Shown: positions 32,000 to 41,850, counted from the first letter of the stretch. The stretch: 64,000 nucleotides of DNA from Candidatus Pyrohabitans jungbluthii (GCA_002010065.2 MTMD02000011.1:3910-67909); one strand, 5' to 3'. Notes: generated from the letters alone by a model not told the origin. Made by a program: numbers and translations.

Positions 32000-32554
32000 A
32001 TGGAAGATTCCACTGAAAATGCGGCTGTTCAAGCCTGCGAGGTGAGGAAGAAAACTCAGTGGCGTGTTTTTTGGGCGCTTGTGATTCTTGTAGTGGGTCT
32101 TGTCCTATTTATGCCGGTGAAGCTTATAACAACTGAGCGGGGCTACCCTGCTTTGTGGTTCATTGCCTACACAGCATTTGCGATTTCAGCCTTCATAGTT
32201 CTTGGCGGGCTTATAATGAAAAAGCGCTGCCTGCCTGCGGTTCCACCTCCTTTTATTAAGAGCGTGAGTGAGGTGGAACAACCTTTACCTGGCGATGTCG
32301 AAGTGGAGCTTTCACCTGAGGATAGGGAACTCCTTTACAGCATAAAGGAGCTTATTAACTGGTTTGAAGAGGAAAAAATCAGGAAAGCAAGGTACCACGA
32401 TTACCGTGCTCGCGTTGCCGAACTTGAGCGCTGGTTGAGGATGGGTATAAAGAAGGACATCGAGATAAGAAATCTCAGAAAGGAACTAAAGCAGCTTAAG
32501 GAGGAGCTTGAGAGGGTGAGGGCAGCCCACAATGAAGGTAGAGAAACTTCTTGA
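32000..32554 (+). CDS. 2-TM membrane protein with cytoplasmic coiled coil; paralog of 37391-37951
   Basis: Two TM helices, then PEDRELL...ELERW; aligns by eye with the 37391 ORF. Confidence 0.75.
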   Translation: MEDSTENAAVQACEVRKKTQWRVFWALVILVVGLVLFMPVKLITTERGYPALWFIAYTAFAISAFIVLGGLIMKKRCLPAVPPPFIKSVSEVEQPLPGDVEVELSPEDRELLYSIKELINWFEEEKIRKARYHDYRARVAELERWLRMGIKKDIEIRNLRKELKQLKEELERVRAAHNEGRETS

Positions 32555-33563
32555 AAAAGACTGGGAGACTCTTAAAAGCTACCTTGAAATCACTAGAGAG
32601 GATGAAAAGAGGCTGGAGAAAATAGGTGAGGTGCTGCTCAGGCAACATAAGGAGATACTCGATCTTTTTTATGAGCACCTCTTGAGCTTCGACGAGACAT
32701 CGCGTTTTTTCCCCAGGGAGGTGAGCGTAGAGAAGGTTAAACTCAAGCAGATGGAATACTTCAAGAGACTGACTCAGGGCAACTACGACTTGGAATACCT
32801 TAGGGATAGAACCAGAGTTGGCATAGCCCACGACCGCATCACCTTGCCTGCGCGTTGGTACCTTGGCGCCTACAGGAAGTACCTGGAGCTGCTGATGCCC
32901 CAGATATGTAAAGCTCTGTTTCCGGGCAGTGAAAAGGTGCTCCATTATATTGAGAGCCTGCTGAAGGTGATCTTCCTCGACATGGTTGTTGCGATAGAGA
33001 CCTACATCGCTCTGCGCGAAGGCAAGCTGCAGGAAAGCAGGGAGCACTTCAAGAGGATATTCGAAGGCGCAAACGATGCTATATTCCTCATCCGCACCGA
33101 TTATGTAATAGAGGATGCAAATCCCGCCGCACTAAAATTGCTGAAGCTTGACAGAAGCGACGTGGTGGGAAAGAAATGTTATGAGATTATCCACGGGAGT
33201 AAGAGCATGTGCACTCAGGTGCCATGCACAATTAAAGAGGTGCTGGAGAAGGGTGAGGTGCATGGAGTTATACACAAACATTACGACTGCGATGGCAATG
33301 CAATAACCGTCGAGATATCCGCCTCAGGGATAAGGGACAGCGAGGGCAACATAGTAAAAGTGGTTGAGTCTGCAAGGGATATAACTCCGAGGGAGATGGT
33401 GAGGAAGGAACTTGAAAAGCACATCGCCGAGCTTGAGCGCTGGCAAAAGATGACCGTGGAAAGGGAATTGAGGATGGTTGAGCTTAAGGAGGAGAACCGC
33501 AGGTTAAGAGAGGAGCTGAACAGGCTGAAGAAGCTGTGTGCCAATATAGAAGGGGATGAGTAG
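32532..33563 (+). CDS. Globin-coupled sensor: protoglobin + PAS + coiled coil, no output domain
   Basis: FYEHL (B10 Tyr), GIAHDRITLPARWYLGAY (proximal His); PAS ANDAI..ANPAA...ARDIT. Confidence 0.87.
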   Translation: MKVEKLLEKDWETLKSYLEITREDEKRLEKIGEVLLRQHKEILDLFYEHLLSFDETSRFFPREVSVEKVKLKQMEYFKRLTQGNYDLEYLRDRTRVGIAHDRITLPARWYLGAYRKYLELLMPQICKALFPGSEKVLHYIESLLKVIFLDMVVAIETYIALREGKLQESREHFKRIFEGANDAIFLIRTDYVIEDANPAALKLLKLDRSDVVGKKCYEIIHGSKSMCTQVPCTIKEVLEKGEVHGVIHKHYDCDGNAITVEISASGIRDSEGNIVKVVESARDITPREMVRKELEKHIAELERWQKMTVERELRMVELKEENRRLREELNRLKKLCANIEGDE

Positions 33564-35586
33564 CACGCCGACCCAGAGAAGAAGTACCGAAAAGGAGATT
33601 CTTAAAAGGATGTACGCCACCCTGAGCGGGATAAACCATGCGATTATCCATGCGAAGACGCGAGAAGAACTCTTCGAGGAGGCGTGCAGAGTAGCGGTTG
33701 AAAAGGGCAGGTTCAGGATGGCATGGATTGGCGTGGTAGAGGGAAGCGTGGTCAAGCCGGTTGCAGTGCGTGGACATGTGGCTGGTTACCTTGACAAAGT
33801 AAAAATTTCTTTAGAAGCTGTGTCTTCAGGGAGAGAACCTACGGGAAGGGCGATAAAGGAAGGCAGGATAGTTATAAACCCGGACACCAGAACCAACCCC
33901 GAGGTGGGGCCATGGAGGGAGGAGATGCTCAAGCGGGGCTATCTCTCCTCTGCGGCTATCCCTCTCAGGGAGGGGGACAGGGTAATAGGCGCTTTCAACC
34001 TCTATGCCTCTGAGCCTGGTTTTTTCGATGAGGAAGAGGTTGCCCTGGTTGAGCAGCTCGCCCAGGACATATCCTTTGGTCTGGACCATATTAAAAAGCT
34101 GGAGGAGCTCAGGGAAAGCGAATTAAGGTACAGAATGCTGGTGGAAACCTCACCCTTCGCTGTGGTACTCTTCTCTGAAGGCAGGATTGTATATGCCAAT
34201 CCGGCGGCAGTGAAGCTTGCGGAGGCATCGAGTTTGGAGGAGCTTCTGGACAAGCATGTGCTTGAGTTTGTACTCCCCAAATATCATTCCCTTGTTCAGG
34301 AGAGAATCAAGCGGGTGGGAAGGGGTGAGATTGCCCCTCCTGCGGAGATGGAGCTACTAACGCTGAGGGGCAATGTTGTTGTGGCTGAGGTGATGGGTTC
34401 GCCTGTAATCTACCAGGGAAAGCCTGCGATTCAGTTAGTTATCCGCGACATCACCGAACACAAAAAGGCGGAGGAGAGGATTAAGGAGCTATCCCAGTTT
34501 CCTGAGAAGAACCCAAATCCAATTTTCAGGGTGAGAAAAGACGGCGAAATTCTGTACCACAACCCAGGGGTGTTTAACTATGTCAGCGACGCCAAGGATG
34601 TCAGGAACCTCCTGCCCCCCAACTACGAAGAGCTGGTGAGAAGGGCATGTGACTCAGGAGAGGAAATCAGAGCAGAGCACAGGTTCGGAGACAGGTACAT
34701 CGATTACATCATTTTACCTGTTTCTAAAACAGTGGCTCATATTTATGGGAGGGATATAACCGAGAAGAAGCGAGCCGAAGAGGAGCTAAAGAGGTATGCG
34801 GAGGAGCTTGAGAAGAGCCAGAAGGCTCTTCTGAACATACTCGAAGATGAGCGTGAGGCAAGGGAGAAATTGGAGAAGGCTTATGGGGAACTCAAGACGC
34901 TGGATACGCTGAAGGATGACATCATCGCCAACGTGAGCCACGAACTTCGCACTCCGATGACCATAGCCAAGGGTTTTGCGGAACTCGCCCTAGATGAGCA
35001 GAATGAAGAGGAACGCAAAAAAGAGCTTATGAAGATACTCGAGGCACTTGAAAAGCAGAACGCAATAATAGGCGACCTCATTGCCATGGCAGAAGCATCC
35101 AAAGAAAAGCTTAAGCTTCGCAGTTCCCACTTCTCCATTAAAGATTTAATTTCGCATGCCATTGTGGAGAAAAAGAAGGACATATCCAAGAAGGGCATTA
35201 AACTGGAGCTTCAGGTGGAAGATTTTGATGTTAAGGGAGATTTCGACAAACTCAAGCATGCGCTTATAAATCTCATAGACAACGCCATAAAGTTTAACCG
35301 TCCGCAGGGTAAAATATTAATAAAAGCCCGAAAGGGGAAGAACAGTGCAATTATCTCGGTGAGCGACACGGGTATAGGGATACCTGAGAACCTCTTACCA
35401 AAGATCTTTGAGCCTCTCTTCCAGGGTGATGCCTCCATAAAGCGCAAGTATGGAGGCACGGGAATGGGGCTTGCAGTGGTAAGAACCATAGTCGAGGCAC
35501 ATGGCGGTGAAGTTTATGCGGAGAGCACCCCTGGTGAGGGTTCAACATTTACACTGGTGCTCCCTTTGGGGGCTGGAGGTGGATGA
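33556..35586 (+). CDS. Cytoplasmic sensor histidine kinase (GAF-PAS-PAS-HisKA-HATPase)
   Basis: VSHELRTP H-box, NLIDNAIKF, DTGIGI, GGTGMGL; GAF SSAAIPL. Confidence 0.93.
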   Translation: MSSTPTQRRSTEKEILKRMYATLSGINHAIIHAKTREELFEEACRVAVEKGRFRMAWIGVVEGSVVKPVAVRGHVAGYLDKVKISLEAVSSGREPTGRAIKEGRIVINPDTRTNPEVGPWREEMLKRGYLSSAAIPLREGDRVIGAFNLYASEPGFFDEEEVALVEQLAQDISFGLDHIKKLEELRESELRYRMLVETSPFAVVLFSEGRIVYANPAAVKLAEASSLEELLDKHVLEFVLPKYHSLVQERIKRVGRGEIAPPAEMELLTLRGNVVVAEVMGSPVIYQGKPAIQLVIRDITEHKKAEERIKELSQFPEKNPNPIFRVRKDGEILYHNPGVFNYVSDAKDVRNLLPPNYEELVRRACDSGEEIRAEHRFGDRYIDYIILPVSKTVAHIYGRDITEKKRAEEELKRYAEELEKSQKALLNILEDEREAREKLEKAYGELKTLDTLKDDIIANVSHELRTPMTIAKGFAELALDEQNEEERKKELMKILEALEKQNAIIGDLIAMAEASKEKLKLRSSHFSIKDLISHAIVEKKKDISKKGIKLELQVEDFDVKGDFDKLKHALINLIDNAIKFNRPQGKILIKARKGKNSAIISVSDTGIGIPENLLPKIFEPLFQGDASIKRKYGGTGMGLAVVRTIVEAHGGEVYAESTPGEGSTFTLVLPLGAGGG

Positions 35587-35957
35587 AAATGCCAAAGGTT
35601 CTGGTGGTGGATGACGAGCGTGACATGCTGAGGCTCGTAAAGAATATACTTAGTGGAGAGTTTGAGGTAATTGAGGCTGAGAGTGGAGAGAAAGCCCTGA
35701 AGCTTGTAGAAAAGGAGATGCCTGACATAATCCTTCTCGACATAATGATGCCGGGCATGGACGGGTGGGATTTTCTGGAGAAGTTCCGCAGGCTCGAAGG
35801 CGCGGAGCGTGTGCCTGTGATAATGTTCACTATACGCAGTGAAGCCAGCGAGGTGCTCTCAGGCATGGCTGTGGAGGGTGTGGTGGACTACATAACAAAG
35901 CCCTTTGACCCTGAAGACCTTAAGATGCGCATTAGGCGGGCGATAAAAAATGAGTGA
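35583..35957 (+). CDS. Single-domain response regulator (CheY-like)
   Basis: VVDDE, LLDIMMPGMDG, DYITKPF. Confidence 0.93.
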   Translation: MKMPKVLVVDDERDMLRLVKNILSGEFEVIEAESGEKALKLVEKEMPDIILLDIMMPGMDGWDFLEKFRRLEGAERVPVIMFTIRSEASEVLSGMAVEGVVDYITKPFDPEDLKMRIRRAIKNE

Positions 35958-37413
35958 TATTGAGTCGCGGGTAGTTACTGTGGGAAACAGATATTTCTAC
36001 AAGATTGAATTTCCCACCCTCACGCCTAAAGAGATGAAGTTTCTGAAGAAGGTGAAAGAGGCAGCGATAAAGGAGGCGAGGGTTGATCTGCAAGGTTTAA
36101 CGAAGGAGCAGATGAAGCAGCGCATGCTATTCGCAGTGCTTGAGATAATGGACAGGCTTAATGGCGACCTGGAGCTCTCGCCAGAGAAGAGGCAAAAGCT
36201 TGCGGAGCTTATTGTCAATGACATGGTGGGCTACGGCTTGCTAGAACCCATTCTCGAAGACGACGAGATTGAGGAGATAATGGTAATTGGCCCCAAGCGC
36301 CCGGTGTATGTGTTTCACAGGAAGTACGGAATGCTTGAAACGAACGTGGTTTTCCAAGATCCCAGGGAGATTGTGAACATCGTACAGCGAATAGCTTCCA
36401 GCATTGGCAGGCGCATAGACGCATCTTCGCCTCTCCTGGATGCTCGTCTTCCAGACGGCTCCCGCGTCAACGCCACTCTAAGCCCACCCGCCCTTGATGG
36501 ACCAACAGTAACCATAAGGAAGTTCAAAAAGGATCCGCTCACGATAGTTGACCTGCTGAAGTTCAACACCCTCAATAGCGAGGTCGCAGCCTTTTTGTGG
36601 CTCATGGTCGAGGGGATGGGGGTATGGCCTAAGAACATCCTTGTGGCTGGCGGCACCGGAAGCGGAAAAACCACTACTCTAAACGCCCTTGCAATTTTCA
36701 TCCGCGAGCGCGAGCGCGTTATTACCATTGAAGATACCGCAGAGCTTCAGCTTCCAATAAAGCATCTCATAAGGTTTGAGGTACGCCCCCCGAGCATAGA
36801 GGGGAAGGGCGAGATAGACATGGACACCCTGCTTAAAAACACGCTGCGAATGCGCCCCGATAGAATAATCATAGGCGAGGTCCGTGGAAGTGAGGCAAAA
36901 ACGCTTTTCACAGCCATGAACACTGGGCACAACGGCACCCTAGCGACGCTTCATGCAAACAGCGCGAGAGAATGCATTACGCGCTTGACAAATGAACCCA
37001 TGGGTGTTCCAATGATAATGATTCCTGCACTGGATTTGATTGTGATGCAGGCGAGGTACGCCCATGAAAAGAAAGGGTTAATAAGAAGAGTAACAGAGGT
37101 AACAGAGGTTGGTGGGATTACTGACAGTACCGTGGCTCTCAGCAAAATTTACGAGTGGGACCCGGGCAGTGATGTTATAAGGAGCACTGGCACGCCAAGC
37201 ACGCTGAAGCAGGAGCTTGCCAAGCAGGTTGGCATCTCCATAGAGGAGGTGAATGAAGAGTTTGAGAAGAGGAGGCTTGTTCTGGATTACCTGCTTGAAA
37301 ACAACATTAGGGAGATTTACGAGGTGCGCAGGTGGGTGGAGAGCTATTACACCAACCCTGAGGCCACGCTGAAGAAGATTGAGGAATCCCTTAAGGCTTC
37401 GACTCGCTCATAG
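35950..37413 (+). CDS. CpaF/TadA/VirB11-family secretion or pilus assembly ATPase
   Basis: GGTGSGKTT, TIEDTAEL, LRMRPDRIIIGEVRG, MNTGH..TLHAN. Confidence 0.92.
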   Translation: MSDIESRVVTVGNRYFYKIEFPTLTPKEMKFLKKVKEAAIKEARVDLQGLTKEQMKQRMLFAVLEIMDRLNGDLELSPEKRQKLAELIVNDMVGYGLLEPILEDDEIEEIMVIGPKRPVYVFHRKYGMLETNVVFQDPREIVNIVQRIASSIGRRIDASSPLLDARLPDGSRVNATLSPPALDGPTVTIRKFKKDPLTIVDLLKFNTLNSEVAAFLWLMVEGMGVWPKNILVAGGTGSGKTTTLNALAIFIRERERVITIEDTAELQLPIKHLIRFEVRPPSIEGKGEIDMDTLLKNTLRMRPDRIIIGEVRGSEAKTLFTAMNTGHNGTLATLHANSARECITRLTNEPMGVPMIMIPALDLIVMQARYAHEKKGLIRRVTEVTEVGGITDSTVALSKIYEWDPGSDVIRSTGTPSTLKQELAKQVGISIEEVNEEFEKRRLVLDYLLENNIREIYEVRRWVESYYTNPEATLKKIEESLKASTRS

Positions 37414-37951
37414 ACTTCGACTCGTGCTTCTTACTAAGCTCCCTTACCTTTCTTTTCAGGTTGCGTATTGTTATGTCCTTGCTTATCCCCAGTCTGTACC
37501 ACCGCTCTATCTCTTTAATCCTCTCCTGTGGATTTCTGAGTCGAATTTCCTTTATCAACGCCTCCCGATACCAGCGCTCAAGCTCCTTTAGGCTTTCCAG
37601 AAGTTCTTGGTCTTCCGGGTCGAGCCTAATCTTCTCGTATCCATTCCCTGCGGCTCTCTTTTCTAGGTCCTCTATCTGCTTTCTTACATTGTAGAGGGAT
37701 TCTCCTGCGATGTGCATGTGACTTCTTACCATACCTCCGTAAAGTAGAAATGTTCCAAAAGCAATGGCGGTGTAGACAACAAACCAGGTTTTAACCTCAC
37801 CCCCTGCTATTACGGCATCGAGGGGTAGAAGGAGCAAAAGTCCTATAAAGATTGCTACATTCAGCCAGAAAATTCGCCATATAATCTTTTTCTTTCTTTC
37901 CACTCTTCTTAGCTCTTTTTCAAGTATAAGTTCTGCTGCATCTTCACCCAT
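37391..37951 (-). CDS. 2-TM membrane protein with cytoplasmic coiled coil; paralog of 32000-32554
   Basis: WRIFW..TM..WFVVYTAIA..PEDQELL..ELERW..EIERW. Confidence 0.75.
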   Translation of the reverse strand: MGEDAAELILEKELRRVERKKKIIWRIFWLNVAIFIGLLLLLPLDAVIAGGEVKTWFVVYTAIAFGTFLLYGGMVRSHMHIAGESLYNVRKQIEDLEKRAAGNGYEKIRLDPEDQELLESLKELERWYREALIKEIRLRNPQERIKEIERWYRLGISKDITIRNLKRKVRELSKKHESKSMSESKP

Positions 37952-38020
37952 TATCCCACACCTTCTGGTCACCTATGTAGGTTATGGTATTTAAAAATTT
38001 TCGTATAGCTATTTCTTTCT

Positions 38021-38036
38021 GTGAACATGTGTTCAC
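38021..38036. promoter_or_regulatory. Putative transcription-factor operator (inverted repeat GTGAACA-TG-TGTTCAC)
   Basis: 7-bp arms in a divergent intergenic region between TATA-like elements (TTTAAAAA, TTTATAT). Confidence 0.45.
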
Positions 38037-38096
38037 GAAATCAGGTATGAGAAGCTTTATATGGAGATAATAAGTAAATTACTTTGAGGCCTTGAG

Positions 38097-38693
38097 ATGA
38101 GAGTGGTGCGCGCTGTTGGGGTTCTCAATCTTCTGCTGGGCTTGGTGGCGCTTTTAGCTCCGGTTAAGTTTTACTCCTTTGCGATGCGTCTCTTTACGCC
38201 AGACGTCTCTCCGCCCTTTGGTGTTGGTGCAATCCGCCTGACCACCTTTATGCTCTTTATTCCCAGCTTGGTGCTAATAGCCAACGGCGTTGCACTGCTT
38301 TTCTTGAGCTACAGACTTGAAACTCCTGCTAAGACCGCTTCACCCGCAACGCAGGAGTATTTGAGAAGGTTGAGGAAAGAGGAAGGTTTAGAGCCTGGCG
38401 AAGCTGAGAAGGATTTTGAGCTCTTTGAAGGAGAAGCGAGGGAGGAGCTTGAGGAGACCCCGGGCTATGCACTCTCCCAAGGCGAGGAGTACGTGAAGGT
38501 CAGGCACGAGATGATAGGGAAGGAAGTATACGACAGAAGGGGCAACTACTACGGCAAGGTTGTGAGCGTTACCCTGAGCGAGGAGGGCGATGTGAAGGAG
38601 TTTCTGGTCAAGCGTGGTGAAAGGAAAAAGGTTTTCAGTGGTGAAGACATAGAGAGCAACAATGGTGTGATTCTGGTTAGGCGTCAGGAGTAG
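38097..38693 (+). CDS. Membrane-anchored PRC-barrel domain protein
   Basis: 2 TM, acidic linker, C-terminal MIGKEVYDRRGNYYGKV PRC-barrel signature. Confidence 0.75.
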   Translation: MRVVRAVGVLNLLLGLVALLAPVKFYSFAMRLFTPDVSPPFGVGAIRLTTFMLFIPSLVLIANGVALLFLSYRLETPAKTASPATQEYLRRLRKEEGLEPGEAEKDFELFEGEAREELEETPGYALSQGEEYVKVRHEMIGKEVYDRRGNYYGKVVSVTLSEEGDVKEFLVKRGERKKVFSGEDIESNNGVILVRRQE

Positions 38694-38746
38694 CTTCCGC
38701 ATACTTTTTATATCCCTTTTGCATTACACTGAGCAGAGGCTTTACC

Positions 38747-38980
38747 ATGGAGGAAAAGGAGGAGATTCGTCGCGAGGCGGAGCGCGTGCTCAAAGAGCTT
38801 TCTGAAGCCCTGGGAGAGATAAGCCTGGAGGAAACATACTACGTGGTGGAGGAGATTAACGTTACCCGCGGTGACGCTGAACCAGAGCTAAGGCCGGAGT
38901 TCCGCGAGGCGGCGCTGAAGATTGCACCTCGCAAAGACGAGGAGGGCAACTACATCGCTGAAGTAGGAAGCTGGGTGTAG
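38747..38980 (+). CDS. gatC: Asp/Glu-tRNA amidotransferase subunit C
   Basis: Short archaeal GatC (ETYYV..NVTR.D, AP...GNYI) directly before gatA. Confidence 0.85.
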   Translation: MEEKEEIRREAERVLKELSEALGEISLEETYYVVEEINVTRGDAEPELRPEFREAALKIAPRKDEEGNYIAEVGSWV

Positions 38981-38986
38981 TTAGCC

Positions 38987-40336
38987 ATGAGCGCTGTGGA
39001 GGAGCTAAGGAGTGGAGCGCTGACTGCAGAGGAGAACGTGGCGCGCTACTTAGAGGCGATTGAGGCTAGAGATAGGGAGATAAACGCCTTCATCGAGGTT
39101 AATCTGCGCGCAATTGAAGATGCCCAGGCGGTGGATAAAAAGATAGAGCGCGGTACCGCCGGGAAGCTCGCTGGCTTAGCTATAGCTGTGAAGTCCAACA
39201 TCAATGTCCGTGGGCTTCGCGCCACCTGCGCTTCGAAAACCCTGGAGAACTACGTCTCGCCCTACGATGCTACGGTGATAGAGCGCATACGCCGCGAGGA
39301 TGGGGTTATCATAGGCATGACCAACATGGATGAGTTCGCGTGCGGTAGCAGTGGCGAGACCTCATACTTTGGGCCAACGCAGAATCCTGCCGCAATGGGG
39401 AGAATACCGGGTGGCTCCTCCTCGGGAAGCGCCGCCGCAATAGCCGCGAACTTCGCAGACGTTGCTCTTGGAAGCGACACTGGGGGGAGTATCCGCAATC
39501 CGGCATCGCATTGCGGAGTTGTGGGAATAAAGCCCACATATGGCTTGGTGCCCCGCTATGGCTTGATAGACTTGGCCATGAGCCTCGACCAGATAGGTCC
39601 CCTCGCCAAGGATGTTTACTCTGCAGCCCTTCTCCTTGAGGTGATCGCGGGATATAATCCAAAAGAGGCGACGACGCTGCGCGTTGAGAGTGTGGACTAC
39701 ACCTCAAAGCTAAACGCCGACCTCTCGGGCTACACCATAGGCTTCGCAAGGGAGTTCGAGGAGTACACCTCCCCTGAGATAATCCGCGAGGTTAAGCACG
39801 CGCTGGCAAAGCTCGAGGCGCAGGGTGCCAGCGTGGTGGAGGTGGAGCTTCCAAACCTTGCAAAAGCCCTGCCCACCTACTATCTGACGGTCTTCGTGGA
39901 GTTCTTCTCAGCAACTCGCCGCTATGATGGTCGCCGCTACGGTTACCGCATTGAAGAGGTGTGCGGCGAGGAGGTGCTGCGCAGGATAATGCTGGGGCGC
40001 TATATAAGCCAGAAGGAGTACTCTGGCAAATACTACAAGAAAGCCCTCCAGTTCCGCTCGCTTATCAAGAAGGAGTTGCTCGAGGCTTTGAGCGGCGTCG
40101 ATTTAATCGCAGGTCCGACGACGCCCAAGCTTCCCCACAGGCTGGGAGAAGAGATTGATCCCCTGGCTATGTACGCCTACGATTTGCTCACAGTGCCTGC
40201 GAACTTAGCCGGGATACCCGCAGGCGTCATAAAATCCGGCGAGGTAAAAGGCATACCCGTGGGTTTGCAGCTCCAGGCAAAGCCGCTGGATGAGCAGAAG
40301 ATACTCAATGCCATGTACGCGCTTGAGGGTGGCTGA
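38987..40336 (+). CDS. gatA: Asp/Glu-tRNA amidotransferase subunit A
   Basis: TNMDEFACG, PGGSSSGS, GSDTGGSIR amidase signature. Confidence 0.96.
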   Translation: MSAVEELRSGALTAEENVARYLEAIEARDREINAFIEVNLRAIEDAQAVDKKIERGTAGKLAGLAIAVKSNINVRGLRATCASKTLENYVSPYDATVIERIRREDGVIIGMTNMDEFACGSSGETSYFGPTQNPAAMGRIPGGSSSGSAAAIAANFADVALGSDTGGSIRNPASHCGVVGIKPTYGLVPRYGLIDLAMSLDQIGPLAKDVYSAALLLEVIAGYNPKEATTLRVESVDYTSKLNADLSGYTIGFAREFEEYTSPEIIREVKHALAKLEAQGASVVEVELPNLAKALPTYYLTVFVEFFSATRRYDGRRYGYRIEEVCGEEVLRRIMLGRYISQKEYSGKYYKKALQFRSLIKKELLEALSGVDLIAGPTTPKLPHRLGEEIDPLAMYAYDLLTVPANLAGIPAGVIKSGEVKGIPVGLQLQAKPLDEQKILNAMYALEGG

Positions 40337-40339
40337 ACT

Positions 40340-41710
40340 ATGAAGGTAACCATCGGCTTCGAGATTCACGAGCAGCTGGCAACGAAGACAAAGCTATTCT
40401 GTAGGTCGCCCACGAATTACCGCGACGCACCGCCCAACACCAACATCTGTGAGGTATGCACAGGCATGCCCGGGGCAAAGCCGATGCCGGTAAACCAGGA
40501 GGCGGTGGATGCGGTAATTGCGATAGCTCTCATGCTCAACTGCGAAATCGTAAAGGAGCCCATCTACATCCTGCGAAAGCACTATGATTACCCTGACCTG
40601 CCCAGCGGCTACCAGCGCACCTCCATGCCCATTGGCAAAAATGGCGAGCTCGCCGGCGTAAGAATATGGGAGGTGCACCTTGAGGAAGATCCGGGTAAAT
40701 ACGACCCCACCACTGGCAAGGTGGACTACAACCGTTCCGGCGTGCCCCTGGTGGAGATAGTAACCGCCCCCGATATGCACTCACCGGAGGAGGCGAGGGA
40801 GTTTTTGAAAGAACTCGTGAAGGTGCTGCGCTACACTCAAAGAGTGCGTGAGGAAGGCGGAACAATGCGCGTTGACACCAACGTGAGCATCGAGGGCGGA
40901 GCACGCGTGGAGATAAAGAACATAAACAGCATCCGCGGTGCCTACCGCGCGCTGAAGTTTGAGATTACCCGCCAGAAGAATTTGATGAAGCGGGGTAAGG
41001 TGGTGAAGCGCGAGACCCGCGCCTATCTCGAGGCGCAGATGATAACCAAAGGGATGCGAACAAAGGAAGAGGCTGAGGATTACCGCTACATTCCAGACCC
41101 GGACATTCCACCCCTGCTCATCACCGAGGAGAAAATCGCAGAAATAAGGGCTACCCTACCCGAGGCTCCCCACCTCAAGGAAAAGCGCTTTATAAAGCAG
41201 TACGGCATCAAAAGCGATGACGCCAAGATAATAGCTAGCGAGCTTGAGCTGGCGAACGCCTTTGAGGAGGTTGCCAAGGTAATCCCACCGCAGCTTGCTG
41301 CGACGTGGATACGCGACGAGGTGAAACGCGTACTCGAGTACAACGGCATTACCTTTAAGGAGAGCGGGATAACGCCTGCTCACTTAATAGAGCTGCTCCA
41401 GCTTGTGCTCAATGACGAGATTACTCTTAAGACAGCGAAGAAGGTGATGGAACTCCTGCCCGAGAAGCGCACCTCGCCGAAGAAGATTATCGAGGAGCTT
41501 GGTCTTAAGAAGCTCCGCGAGGACAGCGCCGTCGCCAAAGCTTGCGAGGAGGCAATAGCTGAGAACCCCAAGGCAGTGGAGGACTACCTCTCGGGCAAAA
41601 AGGAAGCCCTGAACTTCCTTGTGGGGCAGGTGATGCGCAAGACTCGAGGCAGGGCAGACCCTGCCAAGGTTCTGGAGATGCTGAGGGAGAGGGTGGAAGG
41701 GAGGGAGTGA
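40340..41710 (+). CDS. gatB: Asp/Glu-tRNA amidotransferase subunit B
   Basis: IGFEIH.QL, HLEEDPG, DYNRSGVPLVEIVT, DYRYIPDPD, GQVMRKTRG. Confidence 0.96.
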   Translation: MKVTIGFEIHEQLATKTKLFCRSPTNYRDAPPNTNICEVCTGMPGAKPMPVNQEAVDAVIAIALMLNCEIVKEPIYILRKHYDYPDLPSGYQRTSMPIGKNGELAGVRIWEVHLEEDPGKYDPTTGKVDYNRSGVPLVEIVTAPDMHSPEEAREFLKELVKVLRYTQRVREEGGTMRVDTNVSIEGGARVEIKNINSIRGAYRALKFEITRQKNLMKRGKVVKRETRAYLEAQMITKGMRTKEEAEDYRYIPDPDIPPLLITEEKIAEIRATLPEAPHLKEKRFIKQYGIKSDDAKIIASELELANAFEEVAKVIPPQLAATWIRDEVKRVLEYNGITFKESGITPAHLIELLQLVLNDEITLKTAKKVMELLPEKRTSPKKIIEELGLKKLREDSAVAKACEEAIAENPKAVEDYLSGKKEALNFLVGQVMRKTRGRADPAKVLEMLRERVEGRE

Positions 41711-41850
41711 AGCAAACTTTTGACAACTTCATGGAACTACCCTTTTTCCTTGAAGAGTTATTCGGAAGGAAAGTCGATTTAATCACCACCAAGGGGCCGG
41801 GGATTATAAAGATTAAAATTTTAATGTTGATGAAAGTAGAACCTCATTAA
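41707..41850 (+). pseudogene. Truncated MNT (minimal nucleotidyltransferase) antitoxin remnant
   Basis: TFDNFMELPFFLEELFGRKVDLIT resembles the C-terminal half of MNT proteins; catalytic GS..DxD half missing. Confidence 0.6.
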
